Source of the DNA: Phycisphaera sp. TMED24
GTDB lineage: Bacteria; Planctomycetota; Phycisphaerae; Phycisphaerales; SM1A02
Assembly: GCA_002168105.2 (NCBI GenBank)
Contig: NHCD02000037.1
Location: forward strand, 35,105-99,104
Length of the DNA: 64,000 nt
Direction of reading: 5' to 3'
Position numbers and translations under genes: made by a program. The notes beneath the pieces were generated by a model. The model was not told where the DNA came from. It worked only from the letters and a program-made list of their open reading frames with translations, and searched no databases. Numbering within the stretch: the first letter of the stretch is position 1; each line of letters starts with the position of its first letter. Shown here in pieces: positions 57,860-64,000 of this stretch.

Positions 57860-59755
57860 TCAGCCAGGGAATCCGCCGGGGCCACCCATGCCACCCATCA
57901 TCTTCATCATCATCTGCTGAGCCGCGGCTTGGAGTTCTGCTTCGGAGGTGATTTCCCCCGCTTCGACGCGGTCGGCAAGTTCCTCAAGCGAGGGACCAAC
58001 GGCGGAGAGGATCCCCGTCATCATGCCCATCATGGCTCGGCCCATTTCGGCCTCCATGGCTGCTTCAGGGTCTTCTTCAGCGTTTGGCGTCCGTTCATCC
58101 ATAAGCCAACCATTTTCGGTGTTGACCAGCTTGATCTCTTCACCGGTGGTGTCGTTGATCGCCAAGGCTTGCGTGTCATCCGACTGCATCAGTTCCAGCA
58201 TGCCGTCCATGGACATGTCCAGTCCGTCCATGCCGCCACCCATTCCGCCTCCCATGCCACCCATCATGGCTTCAAGGTCTGCATCAGGAATGTTGTCGGT
58301 CACAACTTGCTCCAGCCGCTTCATGGCTGGTGCCAAATTCACCATGGCTTCCATGAATGGCTTGGCTTCTTCGTCGACCAACGTCATGGCCAACATCGCA
58401 GCGTAATCTTCGCTCTTTGCCGCTTCATTGGCCGCGGCCACGAGAGCTTCTGCTGAACCGAACCCTCCGGTGGGGATCAGGTCGGCGCCTTGCCCCCGCA
58501 TTGCTGTCCGCTGGACGGTGCTTTGACCGCCAAGTGCGACGACCGCGTCGTTGTAGATTGCTGCAGCGTTGGTGTCTTGCATGGCCAAGGCATCTCGGGC
58601 GGCTTTAAACGCCTCTCGCGAACTGTTTCGAGCCTGGTTGGCGTCGTCGACGTTCCCAACGGGGTCAAAGCCAAGCGGGGACAACTCCAAATCGAGGGCG
58701 AGGTCCCGTTCAACCATGGCCCCAGCCAAGGCGTCCAGACGGCCTTGGGTGGCGGAGAGGCGGATTTGATCCGCTCCGCTCGCTCCAGCAGCGTTGGCGA
58801 GGTCCCGGGCGGCATCCAGATCCTGCTGGGCGGATTCCAACTTTTGCCCAATGGCTTGCCGGAGTTCAGCCAGCTGGCTGAGGAGTTCGCGGATGTCACG
58901 TTCGATGCTGGTCGCCTCTTGTGCAGCTACGCCCAAATCCTCTTGTCGTGCGCTTTGGAAATCAGAGATTCCGCGAGCCAGTGACTCTGCATTGGCCGCT
59001 TGTTGCTCAGCGCCATCTCTGCGGGCGTCACCAATCCGAACCTTCGATTCAAGCAAGAAGTCGCGTTCAGCGGTCAGCCGATTGGCTTCCATTTCCAAGA
59101 TGTCGGCTTCGGCATCAACTTTTCGAGCCTCTTCGATGCGTGCGAGGGCGGCTTGAGCTTCCATTCGGCGAGCTTCACCACGCAGTCGTGCCGACTCGAC
59201 CCGCATGCCGCTGATCTGCTCAAGTCGTTCGGTGATTTTGACATCCGAGGCTTCAACAGGTTCTTGCAAAGACTCCACCTTGCGTCGAGCTGATTCGTAG
59301 GCTTCGGCTTTGTCGTTGCGTTGGTTGCTCGCAGCCTCAGAGGCATCACGCAGCATCCTCTTGGTGGGTGAGGCGGCGACCGCTCGGAACGCCGAGGCGA
59401 GTCGAGCTTGATCGCGAATTTGACTCCTCAGTCCTTCGACCTCGAAGGCCATCGCTTCGAGTGCCCCGTATTCCGTGTCTGCAGCGGCCAGGCGAGCTTC
59501 CATGGCAATGGCCCGAGCAGCTTTGTTCTGTCCGTTGGTGGCCCGGAGACTTCCAAGCTGGTTGGCCAGTGAGCGGTAGGCGTCTGCATCTCCCTGCCAA
59601 GACAGTGCGGCCAACTCGCGAGCGCCGGATTCAATTTTGTCTTGGGCTTCTGCTCGGCGAATCGAGGATTCGTCTTCACAGCCGATCAGCACCAGCATTG
59701 AGGCGCATGCAGTGAGGGCAAAAGCGAATGGGCGTCGTGAAGAATTCAAGGCCAT
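57860..59755 (-). CDS. Hypothetical coiled-coil lipoprotein with Met/Gly-rich C-terminal region
   Basis: Lipobox LIGC; long Ala/Glu/Arg heptad region; AMMGGMGGGMGGGMDG and QQMMMKMMGGMGGPGG; GGAGGAG SD upstream. Confidence 0.75.
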   Translation of the reverse strand: MALNSSRRPFAFALTACASMLVLIGCEDESSIRRAEAQDKIESGARELAALSWQGDADAYRSLANQLGSLRATNGQNKAARAIAMEARLAAADTEYGALEAMAFEVEGLRSQIRDQARLASAFRAVAASPTKRMLRDASEAASNQRNDKAEAYESARRKVESLQEPVEASDVKITERLEQISGMRVESARLRGEARRMEAQAALARIEEARKVDAEADILEMEANRLTAERDFLLESKVRIGDARRDGAEQQAANAESLARGISDFQSARQEDLGVAAQEATSIERDIRELLSQLAELRQAIGQKLESAQQDLDAARDLANAAGASGADQIRLSATQGRLDALAGAMVERDLALDLELSPLGFDPVGNVDDANQARNSSREAFKAARDALAMQDTNAAAIYNDAVVALGGQSTVQRTAMRGQGADLIPTGGFGSAEALVAAANEAAKSEDYAAMLAMTLVDEEAKPFMEAMVNLAPAMKRLEQVVTDNIPDADLEAMMGGMGGGMGGGMDGLDMSMDGMLELMQSDDTQALAINDTTGEEIKLVNTENGWLMDERTPNAEEDPEAAMEAEMGRAMMGMMTGILSAVGPSLEELADRVEAGEITSEAELQAAAQQMMMKMMGGMGGPGGFPG

Positions 59756-59813
59756 GGCATCCGTCTCCTCCGGCGTTGGGCCGGTCTCGGGGGGAAAGGG
59801 CCAGTGTACCGGC

Positions 59814-61160
59814 TCAGGAGGGAGAGGCAGCGCTCTTGGCCCCCTCAGATTCGACTGATTTGGGAGGATTTCTGGGCCACTGGATGTTCAATTCTGAGGC
59901 AAGATTTGGCCTTGGGCGGTACATCATTTCCAGCCATTCGATCACATTGGTCACCCAAGTTTCACGTCCGCGGTGGAAAACAGGGGTGTATCCCTCCACT
60001 TCGGGGTGCGGGTATTTGGCGGCTCGTGGATCCTTCCCCAGATCCAGCAACCTCGATTCAGCAGGATTTCTCCAGTTCAGAAGCGGGGTTCCATCGCTGG
60101 TGGCAGCTTGCTCAAGAAGCAAGAGGTTGAGCATCCGGACCTCAGGCTTGTTGGCATCTTGCGTTTCGAGACCAAATCCTCCGGGCGATGATTCTCGAGT
60201 GTGGCAAGATCCACACTTTGGAAGCAGCCAGCGGTCGTGGATGGTCCGGCGAAATCGATCCAGTGCCGGCGGATCCACGGTGATTTGCACTTCGTCGTAC
60301 AGGTCCCGGTCTTTCATCTCGCACAACAGCCGAAGGAACTCGTGATCGGGCAGACGCCGGAGGGTTTTGAGATTGGGAAAACCACTCTTGCCGAGGTGTC
60401 GGGCGTGGAAAGTTCGGCGAAGTTCACCAGGAATCCGAACTGGTGATGGGTTCTCAAAGTCATATTCCCAGATCCGAATTCGATTGACTTCGGTGGGTGT
60501 CAACGCGCCGTTGGGCAAGGCGGGACGTCGCGGTTTCGAAGAACGCTTGGGGGCTTGCTCATCGAGTTGAGGCCGCGCGGCCAGCAATTTTTGCAACTGC
60601 TTGGTGGTCTCGCTTGCTTTGGGAAAATCCTTGGCGTACTGCTCGATTTCGTCTGCAGCCTGTTCCACATGACCTTCCATGATCAGCCATCGGATGAAAC
60701 GAGCCATCTCGGCCGGATCACTCGAGCGGATGGTGGCCTTTCGGGCTTCAATTTCTTGGGCTACGGTGGGACGCCATCTGACGCCGACGACGTTGGTCAA
60801 TTCGATGCGCTCGGTTCGGGGACCAACCTGAAGTCTGACCCCTTCGAATCCATCTTCCAGCAGCATACCGCGACGCTGGGAGCCGTCTTTAAGCAGCACC
60901 ACGCAGGGCTTCGGTTCGGGCATCGCGCCCTTCAACACCCGAAGGGTGTCAACCATTCGTTTGGGCACTGTTGTGGTGGTGCTGTCGAGCAGAAGCACCG
61001 AAAGGGGGTCTGCATCCGAATCTGAGAGGAAGCCGACAAAGCGGCGCCCATCCAAGTGCACCACGATGACTGGCGACCCTCCATTGGCGGTTGCGCTCGG
61101 AGGTTCGCTGCCATCGACCATGGAACAAAGAAGCAGGTTGAGCAAGAAGGCCGTGATCAT
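59814..61160 (-). CDS. Hypothetical exported protein with a single CxxCH (possible c-type heme)
   Basis: Signal-like N-terminus; two LxDG..G beta repeats; LLPKCGSCH; ATGA overlap with the upstream gene. Confidence 0.65.
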   Translation of the reverse strand: MITAFLLNLLLCSMVDGSEPPSATANGGSPVIVVHLDGRRFVGFLSDSDADPLSVLLLDSTTTTVPKRMVDTLRVLKGAMPEPKPCVVLLKDGSQRRGMLLEDGFEGVRLQVGPRTERIELTNVVGVRWRPTVAQEIEARKATIRSSDPAEMARFIRWLIMEGHVEQAADEIEQYAKDFPKASETTKQLQKLLAARPQLDEQAPKRSSKPRRPALPNGALTPTEVNRIRIWEYDFENPSPVRIPGELRRTFHARHLGKSGFPNLKTLRRLPDHEFLRLLCEMKDRDLYDEVQITVDPPALDRFRRTIHDRWLLPKCGSCHTRESSPGGFGLETQDANKPEVRMLNLLLLEQAATSDGTPLLNWRNPAESRLLDLGKDPRAAKYPHPEVEGYTPVFHRGRETWVTNVIEWLEMMYRPRPNLASELNIQWPRNPPKSVESEGAKSAASPS

Positions 61161-62197
61161 TCCAATTCCATACAGGGGGCGTGGTCACCCTCGTTGATGC
61201 AGGTGATGGTCCCGTTGTTCAGCCCAACTACCAGCGGAGCGGTGATGATCCAATTTGTCCCATTGGGAAGGCGGGCGAAAGTGCAGGCGGTCTCAGGAAG
61301 AGGCCATTCGCTTCCGTTTCGGACCAAAGATCCGTCAGCGGCAATCTCGGTGTCGGCGTCCGGAATCTCCACGGCCAAGATGCCTGAGGTTAAGTCGTCG
61401 CGACCAGCGAAATCGAAGTGGAACATCTCCTCGCAATGGTCACAGTTTCTGGAGTAAAAGACGATGTGTGTGGTTGATTCGTCGGGACGGATCGAGCACC
61501 AGCGGAACAACGCAAGGTCCTGCCATTGTTGTCCGACGTAGGCATCGAAATCGGTGCAATACCAGTTGGCGGGAGGCGGAGGTTCCGCGGCTTGCGCGGG
61601 GACAAGGTCATTGCTCTCGCTGTTGTCGTTGTTACCGGTTTCTTCAGAAACGGCCGTCGTCTCGTTTGGTGTCCCAGCTTCCGGGCCAGTCCGAGTGGTT
61701 TGCACGACGACCACTCCGGCGGTGGCTGCGGCCCACGCCACTCCGATGCCCCAGGCGACGCCTTCGTTGGTGGTGCATCCCGCGCGACGCCATGTCAAGA
61801 GGAGTCCCACCAACAAGCCGCCGTCGATGCCAAGCATGACGGCAGGGTGTGGGCTCCATGCCCCCAAGCAGCCACATGAATCGGCACCACCCGCAAGTTC
61901 AACGCCCAAAATCAGGCAGAACAGACCAAGAATTGCTGCCGCGGCAGGTCGTGCGTACGTGGAGCGGGCAAACATCAATCCCGCCAGGAGGAATTCAATG
62001 CCCACCATCCCCGCCAAGGAGTACGAGAGCAAGTTCCCTTCGGTAAGTCCGAGACTCCCCAAAGTTTCCAACACACTTTTGGGCAGCAGGCGTGCGTCGG
62101 ATTCGACCATCTTGAACGTCGCCCCCAAGGCCAGCCAGGCGGGAATGATCACGTGTGGAAAAAGTGCCCGCGCTTTTGATGAGTTTGGCGATGTCAT
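61157..62197 (-). CDS. MauE/DoxX-family membrane protein fused to a thioredoxin-like CxxC domain
   Basis: WLALGATFK, GIEFLLA, ADSCGCLG, five hydrophobic segments, then FYSRNCDHCEE and ITAP (cis-Pro-like). Confidence 0.75.
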   Translation of the reverse strand: MTSPNSSKARALFPHVIIPAWLALGATFKMVESDARLLPKSVLETLGSLGLTEGNLLSYSLAGMVGIEFLLAGLMFARSTYARPAAAAILGLFCLILGVELAGGADSCGCLGAWSPHPAVMLGIDGGLLVGLLLTWRRAGCTTNEGVAWGIGVAWAAATAGVVVVQTTRTGPEAGTPNETTAVSEETGNNDNSESNDLVPAQAAEPPPPANWYCTDFDAYVGQQWQDLALFRWCSIRPDESTTHIVFYSRNCDHCEEMFHFDFAGRDDLTSGILAVEIPDADTEIAADGSLVRNGSEWPLPETACTFARLPNGTNWIITAPLVVGLNNGTITCINEGDHAPCMELE

Positions 62198-62763
62198 GCG
62201 TGATCTCCTGGGATGGGCGTGTGGTGTTCAATGGCGGCACACAAACAATGCACCATGGCAAGGTGCGCTTCCTGAATGGCGGCGGTTTGGTCGACTGGGA
62301 CCAGCAAAGCCGCATCACACAGTTCGGCGGCCGATCCGCCACGGCCCAGCAAGCCTATGGTTTGGGTTCCAGTTTTACGAGCAACTTGCAAGGCTTTGAT
62401 GATGTTTCGGCTTTCCCCGCTGGTGCTCAACACGATCAAAACATCTTCTGGCCGGCCGAGCGCTTCGAGTTGTCGTGAAAAGACGTTTTCGTAGCCGAAT
62501 TCATTGGCGATGCAGGTCAGGGTGGTGGGGTCGGCATTCAAACACACTGCCGCTCGAGCAGGACGTGCCCGGTTGCCGTAGCACCCGATTACTTCTTCGA
62601 CCAGGTGAAGGGCCTCGGCGGCCGACCCACCATTCCCACAAGTGTAAATCACACCGCCTTGGTCCAAGGCTTCGACCAAGGTCGTACCGGCCCGGTCGAT
62701 GGCTTCGTGGTCCAAGACTTCCAGTGCCGCATGGGACTGGGCCAAATGGTCCTTCGCACGCAT
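62194..62763 (-). CDS. gmhA: Phosphoheptose isomerase (SIS domain)
   Basis: TCGNGGSAAEALH, LTCIANEFGY..VFSRQ, LSTSGES.NI, IQEAHLAMVH.LC. Confidence 0.92.
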   Translation of the reverse strand: MRAKDHLAQSHAALEVLDHEAIDRAGTTLVEALDQGGVIYTCGNGGSAAEALHLVEEVIGCYGNRARPARAAVCLNADPTTLTCIANEFGYENVFSRQLEALGRPEDVLIVLSTSGESRNIIKALQVARKTGTQTIGLLGRGGSAAELCDAALLVPVDQTAAIQEAHLAMVHCLCAAIEHHTPIPGDHA

Positions 62764-63947
62764 CAGACGCCAAGCTCCTGCTTGCTGATGGCTTGAAGGG
62801 CTTCGGCGAGGCGATCAACAGCATCGAGCGGCGTGGTAGCGCCCAGACTCAGTCGGACCGCGCCGCCAGTCGTGTCGGAGTTGAGTTGGCGGTGGATTCG
62901 CGGCGCACAGTGCAAACCAGCTCGAAGGTGCAAGTGGAATTGGCTGTCCAAAATGGCAGCGAAGGTCGCCGAGTCATACTCGTCATGTTGCAACGCAAAC
63001 GTGCCCAACGTCGGAGCCTTGGGGCCCAACCGGTGAAGTCCTGGGGTGGCTTCGATGCAGTTGGCCATTTTGAGATGCAAATCCCGTTCACGCGTTGCCA
63101 GGGTCTCTATGGATTGCGTCTCGATCCATTCCAGAGCAGCATCCAAACCAAAAAGCCCCGTGGTGTTGTGGGACCCGGGCTCGAATCGATCTGGCCAGCA
63201 TTCGGGTTGGGATTCCAATTCGCTCATACTGCCCGTCCCGCCGTCGCGCAATGGCATGAGGTTGAGGTGATCACGAACCCAAAGTCCTCCCGTGCCCAGT
63301 GGGCCAAGCAAGTACTTGTGTCCTGAAAATGCCAGCATGTCGATCTGCATCGCTTCGACGTCAACGGGAATGCGTCCTAATGTCTGGGAGGCATCAACCA
63401 AAAACGGAACGTGATTGGCTTTTGCCGCGGCACCAAATTCAGCAAGTGGTTGCACCGCGCCGGTGACATTGGAGCCGTGGATCGCAGCACAAAGGGTGGT
63501 CTCAGGACCAAGAGCTTCGGCAAACTGATTTGGATTGGCCGCACCCGTGTGAGGATCCAACGGGACGAACACCACCTCCGCACCGAGCGTTTCGAGGGTT
63601 CGAAATGGACGAATCACGCTGTTGTGTTCCAAATCCGTGGCCACCACTCGGACTGGTTCACCACGGAGGAGTTTGGGCATGGCCAGGCCGCGAATGGCCA
63701 AGTTGAGCGCGTCGGTGCCATTCAAGGTAAACAGCATCCGTTCGTCGCTTCCGGGGGCGTTGCACAGCCGGCGTAGACGAGACCGAAGGCGGTCCACTAC
63801 CGCTTGGCTTTGCACGGTCCCGACATAACCACCTCGACCTGGGGAGGCTCCAATTTCGGTCAGGTGCCTCGCAACAGCTTCGGCCACGCCCGGAGGTTTG
63901 GGATGGCTGGTGGCGGCGTTGTCTAAATGGATGGGTGGAGGTTCCAC
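62763..63947 (-). CDS. Cysteine desulfurase-family class V PLP aminotransferase
   Basis: HLDNAATSHPKP, TLNGTDALN, LEHNSV.RP, HGSNVTG, VDASQT, FSGHKYLLGPLGTGG, RAGLHCAP, VRLS. Confidence 0.92.
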   Translation of the reverse strand: MEPPPIHLDNAATSHPKPPGVAEAVARHLTEIGASPGRGGYVGTVQSQAVVDRLRSRLRRLCNAPGSDERMLFTLNGTDALNLAIRGLAMPKLLRGEPVRVVATDLEHNSVIRPFRTLETLGAEVVFVPLDPHTGAANPNQFAEALGPETTLCAAIHGSNVTGAVQPLAEFGAAAKANHVPFLVDASQTLGRIPVDVEAMQIDMLAFSGHKYLLGPLGTGGLWVRDHLNLMPLRDGGTGSMSELESQPECWPDRFEPGSHNTTGLFGLDAALEWIETQSIETLATRERDLHLKMANCIEATPGLHRLGPKAPTLGTFALQHDEYDSATFAAILDSQFHLHLRAGLHCAPRIHRQLNSDTTGGAVRLSLGATTPLDAVDRLAEALQAISKQELGV

Positions 63948-64000
63948 TCAGGCTCCTTGCGATTTGAAGTGGGCGGCGATGGCGGCGATGCCGTCGCAGG
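63948..64000 (-). CDS. 3' end of an upstream gene (unidentified, truncated by the window edge)
   Basis: Frame ..CDGIAAIAAHFKSQGA* with its stop directly abutting the desulfurase GTG. Confidence 0.5.
   Translation of the reverse strand, partial: CDGIAAIAAHFKSQGA

Overview
A GC-rich, gene-dense bacterial chromosomal segment. It is most consistent with Planctomycetota, probably Phycisphaerae-like; this is inferred from 'RRAFTLIE' prepilins, a VPAPG-type sorting tail, a TPR-YggX fusion and a Bat/MoxR cluster, not from a marker gene. From left to right it carries: (1) a ~19.6 kb minus-strand run made of a putative LolA-fold protein, a NatAB-like ABC exporter, an unknown exported protein, a type II secretion cluster (gspE,F,G,H,I,J,K, L/M/C-like genes, gspD), a lipoprotein, an acyl-CoA thioesterase, purN and a DUF502 gene; (2) metH, a large NAD-glutamate dehydrogenase, ribF and nrnA; (3) a seven-gene translationally coupled operon joining an ATPase-less ABC module (binding protein plus permease-NHL fusion) to VWA/MoxR/DUF58/BatA genes; (4) an AT-rich orphan, ettA, TPR-YggX, pyrD, a THUMP methyltransferase, a PEP-CTERM-like protein, ppx and sulP; (5) a HEPN gene with an in-frame amber codon next to tRNA-Pro(TGG), and a lone nuoA; (6) nrdJ with NrdR boxes, pcrA/uvrD and queG; (7) a terminal minus-strand operon with a cysteine desulfurase-like gene, gmhA, a MauE-thioredoxin fusion, a CxxCH protein and a Met/Gly-rich lipoprotein. 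No CRISPR array, integrase, transposase or rRNA was seen. The main novelty candidates are a ~380-nt structured GGA-rich RNA downstream of nrdJ (CsrB/RsmZ-like), a ~220-nt multi-stem leader before the PEP-CTERM-like gene, the ABC-NHL/MoxR-VWA operon, and the amber-interrupted HEPN gene. All family calls come from motif recognition by eye; no searches were run.
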